Source: Porphyridium purpureum
Taxonomy: Eukaryota
NCBI GenBank assembly: GCA_008690995.1
Contig: VRMN01000005.1
Coordinates: forward strand, 1-64,000
DNA: 64,000 nucleotides
Direction: 5' to 3'
The notes beneath the pieces were generated by a model that did no database searches, was not told the origin of the DNA, and saw only the letters and a program-made list of their open reading frames with translations. The position numbers and the translations under genes are program-made. Each line of letters starts with the position of its first letter. Position 1 is the first letter of the stretch. This document shows positions 50,128 to 60,043 of this stretch, one piece after another.

Positions 50128-51990
50128 ATGGCATACGATGATGGTCAGCTGTGGGCGGGCGCGCGGCTTGATGATCTGCGAGCGCGCTTGCGTTCGGGAT
50201 TGGGCGCCATGGACCAGGACGGGCAAGGACGGGTCCAGGCGGGTCTGAAGCTGGAAGAGGTCGTGCAAGTCGCGCAGGATTTAGAGCAAGCCCTGCGCTA
50301 CATGAGCTTCGCACAGGGCCTGAAAGAGCTGCGCGACGCGCCGCGCTGGATCCAGAACCTGGTGGAACAGCACGCGCAATTTCTGGCAGATCAGCGAGTC
50401 AGCAGTGCGGTGACGGCTTGCGTATTTTATTACTATGGTGCGGAAGGCACCGACGCAGCGGGCTCCGCGACGGCCCTGCCGCCTGCGAAAAAACACCGCG
50501 GCGCATCAGGTCCCACTGTGGTTCACGAGCAAAAGGCGAAAGTAGTGGAATGGGCTCTTCGACTGGTGAAAAAGTTGGGCGCATACGGAGATCCGGCGTC
50601 GGCGCATGCCGATGTACTGTATTCTTTGCTACCCATTATGGGGGACAAGGTGGATCGCGCTGTCCTGGACGCCACGCGCAAGTCAATACAAAGAATGCTA
50701 GACCATATGCGCAGAATCGTTTGGCACTCATGTCAGCAGGGACGGCAGGTGGAGGAGTGTGTGGAATTGGTTGGCGTCTTGCAAGAAACGGCCGAGCTTT
50801 GCGTTGGTACGATTTGGAATGAGGCAACCATTGCAGTTGTAGACCAACTTGTAGCGGTCATTCTGGGTGCCCAAGAAAAGCCTCTGTGTGTGTGCAAAAG
50901 TATTGAGATATGTAGTGGCGAGATTCTCGAACAGAGTGGACTTGTTGCTGCTCTACTGGGACCAGGTCTACCCCTCACCCATTTATCGCATAGCAATCGG
51001 GTGCGTATGGTACAGACCTTCGAGTTGGTTCTCGACACAATCCTAGGTCAACTGGCGAGCGCAGCCGATCGTGAAGGCACCAATCGGGCACTCTTTGTCA
51101 CGTCGCGTAAGCTGTTGCGCGAAAGCAACACGCTTGGTGTGACCGTGCGTGACGCTGCCGCAAAAGATGTGAGTGTGTTTTGGACGCTGTTCGACCGAGT
51201 TGTAGCTTTCATGCACCAGCCTTGTCTTGAATCATCGTCTCCGTTGTGGCTCTTGATTCACCTTTTGCAGGGTCTCCTTGAAGACGCCCAGATGGATGTG
51301 AGTGTGCTGCTTGATGCAAGGGTAGAGCCACTGGCCGTGCACGTCAGGGCTGCGGGGTGGGAATCTGCGTGTTCTTTTATACGAGCTTTGCGCGTCAACA
51401 TGACCTTGTGGAGAGCTGAACTATGCGCTACCGTTCGTGCCTTATTCCTATTGCTGCTTCCGTATGTCGATGAGTTCTGGTACTCAGCTTCTTGTGCAGC
51501 ATCGACAACTGTGACTGCGCAAGAGCTGCTTGCTTTCGGCTTTACTGCATGCAAAGTTGCCGAAGCTTTTGCGCTGGTGTGGGAAGATAGCAATGACTGG
51601 AATCCTAATGCAGCTCACAACATGCGTCTTCTTGATCTTTGCAAGGCTGCCAGCTCCGTAATGACTGGCTCTGAAAAGCATTCTGCGCGAAATGCCAGCC
51701 ATGCCGGCCCTCTTGATGTTCTGCTTTGGGAGCGAAGTGACATCCTCTTCAGAAATGATCCTACATCCGAAGGTTTACTGCCAAATGACTTGGTCAACCG
51801 AGCAGTTGTGGACCCGGAAGAACTTTTGCTTCGAGGTCCGCGTGCTTGTGTGATACTGCGAGCTGGATTCAACCTAGATGCACTTGCGGTCGGAACTCAA
51901 GCAAGTACAGGCAAGAGACAACAGCGACTCATGCACGTTGTGGAAGCGCTGGCAAGATTCGAAGATCACGGCCCATCAAATCCATCGTAG
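50128..51990 (+). CDS. Hypothetical alpha-helical protein
   Basis: ORF of about 620 aa with Leu-rich helical composition. No family recognised. Confidence 0.7.
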   Translation: MAYDDGQLWAGARLDDLRARLRSGLGAMDQDGQGRVQAGLKLEEVVQVAQDLEQALRYMSFAQGLKELRDAPRWIQNLVEQHAQFLADQRVSSAVTACVFYYYGAEGTDAAGSATALPPAKKHRGASGPTVVHEQKAKVVEWALRLVKKLGAYGDPASAHADVLYSLLPIMGDKVDRAVLDATRKSIQRMLDHMRRIVWHSCQQGRQVEECVELVGVLQETAELCVGTIWNEATIAVVDQLVAVILGAQEKPLCVCKSIEICSGEILEQSGLVAALLGPGLPLTHLSHSNRVRMVQTFELVLDTILGQLASAADREGTNRALFVTSRKLLRESNTLGVTVRDAAAKDVSVFWTLFDRVVAFMHQPCLESSSPLWLLIHLLQGLLEDAQMDVSVLLDARVEPLAVHVRAAGWESACSFIRALRVNMTLWRAELCATVRALFLLLLPYVDEFWYSASCAASTTVTAQELLAFGFTACKVAEAFALVWEDSNDWNPNAAHNMRLLDLCKAASSVMTGSEKHSARNASHAGPLDVLLWERSDILFRNDPTSEGLLPNDLVNRAVVDPEELLLRGPRACVILRAGFNLDALAVGTQASTGKRQQRLMHVVEALARFEDHGPSNPS

Positions 51991-52056
51991 ATGTGCTTTT
52001 CGTACGCGCCGGAGCAACTGCGCCATTGTTTCCTTCTGCCTTGACTCATCATCTTC

Positions 52057-53091
52057 TCAAATGGTTTTCCTGTTCTCCTTGTTCGTATGATACGCGGCGT
52101 ACGCATCGTACATGAAAGGCTCCTCAAAGATCTTACTGGCGACCCAATACGTCCAGCCGAGTAGCGCGCTGAGCACGAGCCCAGCGGGAGACCAACGCAC
52201 TGCTTGATGAAAATCAGGGCTCCACGGTGCAGGGTTTCCGCGCGACACAGCTTTGCCAAAATGCATCAAGGTCGATCCAAGATACATAGGGTCAGGAAAT
52301 ATGTTGAATGGGAATGCACAGACAAAGTCGTCGAAGAAAAAGCCAAAATACTCGCCCATGTACGTGCCGCGAACGCTCAGCCGATAGAAGCCGCTCATTG
52401 AAATGACCGCGCCAAGAATGAAGAGACCATAGCCAACGACACAGCTGATCAATCGCGAGATCAGATTACTGTGCGCGTCCGCGAGCTGCAAGACTGGCTG
52501 CGACAGGAGTGCCTCCTTAAATGTGTGCTCACGGTACGCCGAGAAGCACACAATGTACAGCGCAAAGAAGTTATGTGCTGTGCTCTTATGGCCAAAGAAC
52601 CGTGTCAGAAATCTGGTTCGATGCTCACAGCGGCAGAAGATGTTCCACAGAATTGGTGCCAAAATTGTAACGAGCGCGCATCGTAGCAAGTGTGGGTCTG
52701 CAAAATCGATGACGTGTCCGTCAGCGAGAAGCTTACTTCCTGTCTCGAACGGCAGCAACACTGTCATGGCACCTGGCGGATACCATCGAGAAACGACAAT
52801 GCAAAAAAGCAATGTAGTGAGCGAGTAGACGCTCAGCCGCAGCAGACGCGTCTGCAGTTTTCCGTACATAATGAAACGAAGAAGACGGCGCACGTAGTCA
52901 GTCCAAGCAAAAGCGCTCACCGCGTTCGGGCCTGTGCTCAACGAAAGACAACCTTCTTCTCTTGCCGATCCTGTTCTCGGATAGATTTGGCAGTGCGCAC
53001 CGTCCACCTGCCTGATCGGTTCATCTGCCACACCCAAAGAGCCCTGGCTTAGACTCAGACGTCTCCGTTCTCGCGCCGAAGCGCTGACCAC
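52057..53091 (-). CDS. PEMT: Phospholipid N-methyltransferase (PEMT/Opi3 type)
   Basis: P.LWN...R.EH.TR.LT, GTYMGEYFG, FPFN...DPMYLGSTL, SPAGL.L, FEEPF...Y. Start uncertain (first ATG at 52869). Confidence 0.88.
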   Translation of the reverse strand: MVSASARERRRLSLSQGSLGVADEPIRQVDGAHCQIYPRTGSAREEGCLSLSTGPNAVSAFAWTDYVRRLLRFIMYGKLQTRLLRLSVYSLTTLLFCIVVSRWYPPGAMTVLLPFETGSKLLADGHVIDFADPHLLRCALVTILAPILWNIFCRCEHRTRFLTRFFGHKSTAHNFFALYIVCFSAYREHTFKEALLSQPVLQLADAHSNLISRLISCVVGYGLFILGAVISMSGFYRLSVRGTYMGEYFGFFFDDFVCAFPFNIFPDPMYLGSTLMHFGKAVSRGNPAPWSPDFHQAVRWSPAGLVLSALLGWTYWVASKIFEEPFMYDAYAAYHTNKENRKTI

Positions 53092-53286
53092 CAGCGAGTC
53101 CCAATCTCGTAGTAAAAATTAGTGCCGAATCACAAAATTCGATTCGATGCTCAACGAGCTTCCAAGTTCGTGCTCAAAGTGACCGAGGTCTGTGTCCAAA
53201 TGATATGGGCGTAATTGATCTTTGCGCGCGGCGCGGTCAAATGCATACTGTTCAGCAGCGACGATGCCTGGCGTTCCACCTTTCAT

Positions 53287-53970
53287 TCATTGGTCAGGGT
53301 CGTAGCGGTCAATGCCGAATTCGGCTTCTGCCGCGAGACCGCGATGTGGCAGGCGGGCTTCTCCCCACATCATGTACGTCCTTGAGAAACCAACATTGTT
53401 GCACTCGGGGCTGCAATCATGCGGACCATTGCTGAGCAAGCCGCATGATACATGGAGAATGCTCGGCGGTGAAACCATCTGCCGGAACCTGGCCTTCCTG
53501 ACCGCACTGCATTGAAGATTCAAGCTCGCGACCGACTGGCAAGCACGGGTCGTCGCAGTTTCAATGTCAGGCAAGGTCCAACCGCGCGTCTCTGTAAGTT
53601 TCGTAATTTCGTGATGGTGTGCCACTAGAACCGCACCTAAGTGTGCAAAGGCCTCGAGCACTCTCACCGCCGGGAAGACGGGCTGATTAGGAAAATGCCC
53701 ACTCAGTTCGGGGAAGCGCTCGATATCTACACGCACTTGAGCCTCCACAAGCATATGATTCTGTTGATCTTCCTCTTGCCCTGCGGTGCTTGCACTGATC
53801 ACCAGCTGCACACCCTGGACTAGCTGCCGAACTGGTCTGGACGAATCCAGTCGACGAACCACATGTTCAACAGCGTTCTCAAGGACGTGGATGCGGTACG
53901 CCTTCGAACTCTGTTCACTGTTAGGAACGTGACGGATCGCCCGAGAGCTTTGGAATCGGAGCGCACGCAT
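53287..53970 (-). CDS. FabZ/FabA-like hot-dog 3-hydroxyacyl-ACP dehydratase, probably mitochondrial
   Basis: GHFPNQPVFPAVRVLEA catalytic His/Glu motif, ARFRQMV.P, LAAEAEF; Arg/Ser-rich presequence-like start MRALRFQSSR. Confidence 0.75.
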   Translation of the reverse strand: MRALRFQSSRAIRHVPNSEQSSKAYRIHVLENAVEHVVRRLDSSRPVRQLVQGVQLVISASTAGQEEDQQNHMLVEAQVRVDIERFPELSGHFPNQPVFPAVRVLEAFAHLGAVLVAHHHEITKLTETRGWTLPDIETATTRACQSVASLNLQCSAVRKARFRQMVSPPSILHVSCGLLSNGPHDCSPECNNVGFSRTYMMWGEARLPHRGLAAEAEFGIDRYDPDQ

Positions 53971-54115
53971 GAGAGCGATTGTCCTCGGTTTCGGCGGAAT
54001 CCAACACGTTGCACTTCGTGTAACACGCGCTGTCGAGCGTACCGGTCCTCGCACGAGAGAGGCGTTTGCGCATTGGCGCGCGTGTCAACCGGCAGCACGG
54101 AGACGGCAGCTCGCA

Positions 54116-55183
54116 ATGGCAAGTACGACAATGACGGGAGCCCGCAAAACAGTCTTGCTATTTGCGCCGGCAGGGAGCCCGGCACTGGAGAGCATTCCCC
54201 GCGACAATGCCCTACTTCGCGATCACGTGGATCTGGTGCGGGTGAATGAGGTGCACGAGTTGGAGGAGGCTTTAGCGGGCAAGAAGGACGGTAGTGCTCT
54301 GAACCCGCCTGATGCGGTTCTCTTTATACCGCCGGGTAATGCGGAGCTGCTTCGAAAAGTGTGGCTGGAGAACAAGCTGAAAGAAGTCCGATGGGTGCAC
54401 TGCTTTTACGCTGGCGTGGACCTGCTGAAGCCTTTCATTTCGGATTGTCTACTCAATCCGGATGGCTCGGACACTGGTGTCCCTCTGACGAATGGGCGCG
54501 GAGCCTTCTCGTCGAGTCTGGCAGAATATGCGGTGACCGCGATGCTGCATTTCAACAAGCAGGTGCCGCGATGCCAGGCAAACAAGGCCGAGCACAAATG
54601 GGACAAGTTTGTGATGGATGTGGTAGATCGCAAGAGCGTGGTGTTTGTTGGGTATGGAAATATTGCCCAGGCTACAGCCAAGGTGGTGCGCGCGCTGGGC
54701 ATGCGTGTTATTGCGCTCAAGAGAAACCCGAACGCCGTCGCAGCCGATGCAGAGCGCGCGGATGAGTACTATGGCCTGGATAAGAAGATGGACGTGCTGG
54801 GACGCGGCGACTTTGTTATCTCGACGTTGCCAGGTACGCAAGAGACGTTCAACTTTTTCTCGCATGCCGAGTTTGGTGTTATGAAGCGCTCGGCAGTGTT
54901 TGTGAGCATGGGACGGGGCACGGTTGTAGATGAGGACGCGCTGGTCTCGGCGTTGCAAAGCGACGTGATATCCGGGGCCGGGCTGGACGTATATCAGAAG
55001 GAACCCTTGGACCCCCAGTCGCCGCTGTGGAGCTGCAAGAACTTACTGATGACAGCCCACAACGCAGACTACACGTCGGACTACTTCTCTCTGGGCTGGG
55101 ACGTGTGGCTGCAAAACTTAGAGTGCTTTCTTGACGGCAAAGCAGAATACGCGTCACCCGTCAACAAGCATAGTGGATACTAG
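54116..55183 (+). CDS. D-isomer-specific 2-hydroxyacid dehydrogenase
   Basis: WVH...AGVD, LTNGRG, LAEY, VGYGNI, LPGT.ET, MGRG.VVDE, GAGLDVY..EPL, TAHNAD. Confidence 0.93.
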   Translation: MASTTMTGARKTVLLFAPAGSPALESIPRDNALLRDHVDLVRVNEVHELEEALAGKKDGSALNPPDAVLFIPPGNAELLRKVWLENKLKEVRWVHCFYAGVDLLKPFISDCLLNPDGSDTGVPLTNGRGAFSSSLAEYAVTAMLHFNKQVPRCQANKAEHKWDKFVMDVVDRKSVVFVGYGNIAQATAKVVRALGMRVIALKRNPNAVAADAERADEYYGLDKKMDVLGRGDFVISTLPGTQETFNFFSHAEFGVMKRSAVFVSMGRGTVVDEDALVSALQSDVISGAGLDVYQKEPLDPQSPLWSCKNLLMTAHNADYTSDYFSLGWDVWLQNLECFLDGKAEYASPVNKHSGY

Positions 55184-55477
55184 TGAGAAAGAGTTACTAG
55201 CCTGGTGTAGACGCCGCAGAACAGGCCAGCGAAGCGAATGGGTTAACACCCTCTGCTTCTGGTGCCGCACTCAAGTAGGAAAACACATTATTTTCTTGAT
55301 TTCCCCCTTCCAGCTCTAGTATATTTTCATTCTGAAGTTCGCTCCCGTACCACGCTTAGTCAGAGCGCGCCCAAAGCCAAACGCAAATCATCATAACTTT
55401 GTCCCTTCTTTGTCATCTTCTTTCAGCTTGCGCCTTTCTAGTCCTCGCCTCGCTTCGCCATGGCAAAAGAAAATCAA

Positions 55478-56491
55478 TTACGTAGCGCCATTAAACTTGT
55501 AAATGTACTTGAAATCCTCCGTCTCAAACACGAGCGTGGCTTGGCACGAGCCGAGCTGTCTGGGCGTGAAACGCACAATGATATCTGTCGGGTCACCGTC
55601 ACTGCGGTCCATTGTGCCGTATTCCGGGGTCGCCGTGAAGAAGGGGCTCGAATCCGGCGTGAATACACAGCGGAAGGGCAGGAAGGTGCAAAATGCGTTG
55701 CGGATCGAGAGCTCCACAACCTCGCTCGAGTCCACTCGTGCCGAGAGGTCGAATGTCTTTTCCACTGGGTCCGAGGGGTTAATAACGAGCGGCTTCCACG
55801 TTTCGCCATCCAGACGCTGTCCGGGGATTTCTTGCGACTGGTACATGGACGCGGGTGGCGAGTACGGTTCTGGGGCGCCGTACATGACGCCCTGGCCCTG
55901 GGCCTGGTTCATCTGGTGAATAGAGCGCTGATTGTGCCAGTTCTCCAGCTGCTGGGCGCGCACTTCATCGAGGCGGTTGAGTCTGCGGTCTTCCTCTGAA
56001 ATTTCGGCGATCTTCTGCTCTGCGTAGCCCGTGGATCGACCAAAGTAGTTTCCCTTGGTCGACGCGACGCGAGCCTCCATGGCTGACACGACCTTACCGC
56101 GGCCCACCTGCTCATTGCCAGTCACCTGGGCCTGCCCGAACCCGCCGCGCACGACGTTCGGCGAGTTGTGCTGGTCCTCCAAGTCGGTATTCCCGTCACC
56201 AACCACACCGCCGCCCGAGTCGCCACCGTCAAACTCCATATCTCCCCCGCCAGCAATAAAGGTCTCCAACTGCTTTGTGGCCTCCTCGATGGTCCCGCCC
56301 TTCACCTGGCCCGCATTCCGCGCGCGCACATACTCCTCCCACGAGGTCGGTCCGCCGGCCATGCTCACCACGACGGCATGCCGCCTAGTCGCCCTCGGCG
56401 CCTGCGCCGGGCATCGCGCCGAGCCGCGCGCCGCACCCACCACTGCACCCGCCACCCCACCCGACAGCACAAACATCATTGCGCTCGCCAT
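55478..56491 (-). CDS. Hypothetical plastid-targeted protein with Gly-rich N-terminal part and C-terminal Ig-like domain
   Basis: MASAMMFV transit-like peptide; EFDGGDSGGGVVGDG motif; beta-rich C-terminus (V.P..GTM.R....T..IVRFTP). Confidence 0.75.
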   Translation of the reverse strand: MASAMMFVLSGGVAGAVVGAARGSARCPAQAPRATRRHAVVVSMAGGPTSWEEYVRARNAGQVKGGTIEEATKQLETFIAGGGDMEFDGGDSGGGVVGDGNTDLEDQHNSPNVVRGGFGQAQVTGNEQVGRGKVVSAMEARVASTKGNYFGRSTGYAEQKIAEISEEDRRLNRLDEVRAQQLENWHNQRSIHQMNQAQGQGVMYGAPEPYSPPASMYQSQEIPGQRLDGETWKPLVINPSDPVEKTFDLSARVDSSEVVELSIRNAFCTFLPFRCVFTPDSSPFFTATPEYGTMDRSDGDPTDIIVRFTPRQLGSCQATLVFETEDFKYIYKFNGAT

Positions 56492-57292
56492 CCTCCCGTC
56501 CTCCCCTCTCCGCACCAGCTCCTTCCCCACCTTTCCCTTTCCCCTGTCCACTCCTCCACCCCTCACCCCCTGCTTCCCGTCACGTTTTTCTCGAGATTTC
56601 GCCTTTTTTCCCCTTTACGCTTTTGCCCTTTTTTCGCTTTGTTTTTCCTCCTTTTCCTATTTTTTCCCCCATGTTTCATTCTTGTCTTGTTGGCTGCACC
56701 TCTTGGGACATGCAAGCGGCATTCAGGGGCGTCGCGCTTTCTGCCTATTAAAACACGCCCTTTTCATCAGTTTCATCACACACATCTGCGCGCCTGCTTC
56801 GCTGTAGCTCTTGGCAAGCTCCTCCTTTTTGTCCCCGTTGATTAGAAACACACGCGCCCGTCAGTTCGGTGTCCAGGTCTGTTCTGGACACTATACGCAG
56901 CAGCACCTGCCAAGTCGCGGTGGGAATGACACACGTCGCAATGCGAACGCAGACATAGGGACGACAACGGTGGCCGACCTCATCACTCGTTCACACACAG
57001 AGACGCACGTGTGCAAGCCATTCTCTGAAAGTGGAGTGGCCGGCACGCGCGCGCGTCCCCGCCGCGCGACCACATGAGTGCGTTTCCTTTCTCACCCGAC
57101 ACAGGCTGGGACGCCAGCTGTGTCCAACGATCCTGTTATCGGTTCGTGTCGGCGGTCCAGTTAACCTAACAGTTCGGAAAGTCGTGCTGACGGTTTCGGT
57201 TTCAACTTTGGTTTCGGTTTCGACTTTCTGAACGTTCAGTTCAACGCCAAACGGGTGGACAGTAGAAGTACAGTGTGGCGAGGCGAGACTGA

Positions 57293-57303
57293 TTTGGCGC
57301 GAA
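57293..57303. promoter_or_regulatory. E2F site(s) upstream of RFC2
   Basis: TTTGGCGCGAA is consensus TTTSSCGC plus an overlapping inverted site, about 110 bp before the ATG of a replication gene. Confidence 0.6.
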
Positions 57304-57410
57304 CGCGCGAGTCGCGGATGGTGCGAGGGGTGACGCACGTCGAGAAAGGAACAGGAGGGAGTTCGTGGTGGGGAAGGCAACAGAGGGACGCGCGGTCGCG
57401 GGAGAGGGAG

Positions 57411-58388
57411 ATGTCGCGGGCAGCAGGACAGTATGAGCAGCCGTGGGTGGAAAAGTACCGGCCGGTAAAGCTGGAGGATGTGGTGGGGAACGAGCCGCTG
57501 GTGGGCCGCCTGCGCTTGATTGCGCAGCACGGAAATATGCCGAATATGTTGCTGAGCGGGCCGCCGGGCGTGGGCAAGACAACGACTGTCGCGGCGCTGG
57601 CCAGAGAGATGCTCGGCGACGCGGTGAAGGAGGCCGTCCTGGAGCTCAACGCTTCCGATGAGCGCGGCATTGATGTCGTGCGCAGCACCATCAAGTCGTT
57701 TGCCCAGAAAAAGGTCACGCTGCCGCCCGGAATGCACAAGATCGTGATCCTGGACGAGGCAGACTCGATGACAGAGGCCGCCCAGCAGGCACTCCGAAGG
57801 ACCATGGAGGTGTTCACCGCCACGACCCGCTTCGCGCTTGCCTGCAACACCTCGTCAAAGATCATCGAGCCCATCCAGTCGCGCTGCGCAATCCTCAAGT
57901 TTTCCAAGCTGGGCGATGCGCAGATCATCAAGCGGCTCGTCGAGGTGCTGGACAGAGAAAAGGTCGCGTACGAGAACTCGGGACTCGAGGCTCTCGTCTT
58001 CACTGCCGAGGGTGACATGCGAAATGCGCTCAACAACGCCCAGAGCACAGTGAACGGCTTTGGCTTCCTGTCCGCGGAAAACGTGTTCAAGGTGTGCGAC
58101 CAACCGCACCCAGTCGCCGTGCAGAACTTTGTCAAAATGTGCCACGAGCGCAAGCTCGAGAATGCTTTATCGCTTCTTGTTGCACTGCACAGTGATGGAT
58201 ACTCCACCATGGACATTATTAACACAGTCTTCCGCGTGGTTAAATTCGCAGAATACTTAGCCGAGCGGGAAAAGCTCGAGTTTTTGAGAGTGGTTGGCTC
58301 CACACAAATGCGCGCGGCTCAAGGGCTCGACAGCCTACTACAGCTCACGGCCATGTGCGCTCGCCTCTGCGAGACTGGAGGGTACTAG
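57411..58388 (+). CDS. RFC2: Replication factor C subunit 2 (human RFC2 / yeast Rfc4)
   Basis: PWVEKYRP, GPPGVGKTT, LELNASDERGIDVVR, FAQKKVTLPPG.HKIVILDEADSMT, SRC. Confidence 0.96.
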   Translation: MSRAAGQYEQPWVEKYRPVKLEDVVGNEPLVGRLRLIAQHGNMPNMLLSGPPGVGKTTTVAALAREMLGDAVKEAVLELNASDERGIDVVRSTIKSFAQKKVTLPPGMHKIVILDEADSMTEAAQQALRRTMEVFTATTRFALACNTSSKIIEPIQSRCAILKFSKLGDAQIIKRLVEVLDREKVAYENSGLEALVFTAEGDMRNALNNAQSTVNGFGFLSAENVFKVCDQPHPVAVQNFVKMCHERKLENALSLLVALHSDGYSTMDIINTVFRVVKFAEYLAEREKLEFLRVVGSTQMRAAQGLDSLLQLTAMCARLCETGGY

Positions 58389-58518
58389 CGACCGCGGAGA
58401 AGTGTGCCTTTCAAGCAATCTAAACTTGCAAGTCTTTCAGTTGCAAAATCGAAACAGCGCGAATGCATGCACTTTCACAAGCTCCCGCCAAGGCATGTGT
58501 GCGAGGCGTGCACACGAC

Positions 58519-60007
58519 TCAATTCAGAGTCTGGAATAAGCGTGCCTCCGGGGTCGCGGTGGCCTCCCCGGTGCCTTCCACGAAGGCGTACGAAAGCGCG
58601 TAGTGCTCACGTGCAACAATGCGAGACATCTCGTGCGGCCCGATCTCTACTCGGAACAGGTCGAATAACCGCTTGCTTCTCGATTGGGGCCATGTCATCG
58701 CAATTCTTTCGACTGCTTGGCAGACGCGATCGAGTTCCAGGACTTTACGATGCCACAGAGTGAGAAGCGTTGCCACGACCGACTTTGCAGACATCATACA
58801 CAACAGACTGCACATCTCACTAAATTCATATTTGCGCACACAAAGATGCTCAGCGCAATCAAACAAAGTTTCGCGAGCTACCTCGCCGCTGTTTCCTCCT
58901 AGCAGAAGGCTGTTGCGCAGAAAATGACTGCTCGCTTGAATGCCCCAAGACATCGTCAGCTCAGCGAGCAGCTCTCCGGGTGATTCAAATGCGGTGAACG
59001 CATCTGTACTTAGGCAGAGTCGAACGACCTGCATGATACCGGAAAGGCACGCAGTCGCCTGCTTCACGGTTGTATGATTGGTGAGCGCGCGGATCATGCG
59101 CATGAAAACATTGCGCTCAGCCGGTACGCTCAGTTCCAGGCCCCGGCACCCCGCCATCGTGACACTCGCCACGATAAATCCTTTTGTATACTCGCTCTCA
59201 TTCAGATGGTGCAAAAACATTAATACTGGACCAAGTACCCAATGCAGCAACTGCGTCTCGTCTCCAGTGTGACACGTGCAAAGCATTTGCTGTGAATTGA
59301 AAAAAGATACGTCATCCACCATTCATCGCGCATTAGTACTCACCCTTCGCACGCAATACAGACGACCCGCAAACTGGCACGACAAGACGAAGCCCTTGAA
59401 AGGCGTGTTCGGGATAAGCATGCTTGCAAGCCTTCTCTATTCTTACCTGCGACAAGAAAAGCGCCACCTCCCACTTGTTGGGCAAGCGCAGCGATTCGTG
59501 CATGGCCGTCGCGAGTGAATCAGCAACGACGTCGCATCTGTGCATGCGTCCGATCGGCAAATCATTCTACATTATACGTAGGAATGACAGGAAAATCAGT
59601 CGACCCCAAAATCGCGTGTCAGCGGTCCCCATCCACAGTGCGGAAGCAATAAGCACGGGCAGCACCTCGACACAAGCATGCATGCATCCGCTTCGTGGAC
59701 CTCAAAACCGGGCATGACCACTTGAATCCCTTATCACCTAGTCGAACTGCAGGGGCCCGATTTCACTTACAAGCAAGTCGCTACACAGCGCAAAAACACA
59801 CGGCACTTTGCCGAGGAGAGCATGGTACATGCAATCCTTCCACCCGGATGGTCTGAACAACGCATGCTTCATGATGCTATGCTGCGCGGCCATTCCAAGC
59901 CGTGAGCTCACTAGCGCGAGCTCCGCCGCCTCGTCCCATGCTAAGTGCATGCATATCCGCGGCACTAGCTCCGCAGGGAGCCACTCCAGCATGCATTCTC
60001 CTTCCAT
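58519..60007 (-). CDS. Three-exon F-box protein (exons 60007-59771, 59566-59447, 59289-58519; 375 aa), possibly FBXO47-like
   Basis: F-box LEWLPAELVPRICMHL...ELALVSSRL. Two phase-0 introns (GTAAGT..TAG and GTAAGA..TACTAAT..CAG) join three ORF fragments in frame. Confidence 0.7.
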
Positions 60008-60043
60008 GTATGCGTCAAAGCTCCCACGCCAATATTTTTCTTT

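Noticed and set aside
57192..57228. Duplicated 18-mer GGTTTCGGTTTC(A/G)ACTTT
   Set aside because: Only two copies in a promoter region; not telomeric and no function supportable.
57236..58303. 355-aa antisense ORF over RFC2 (and similar shadows over HtrA, AAC, the linker gene and pol)
   Set aside because: Expected antisense shadows of GC3-rich coding sequence; no protein motifs.
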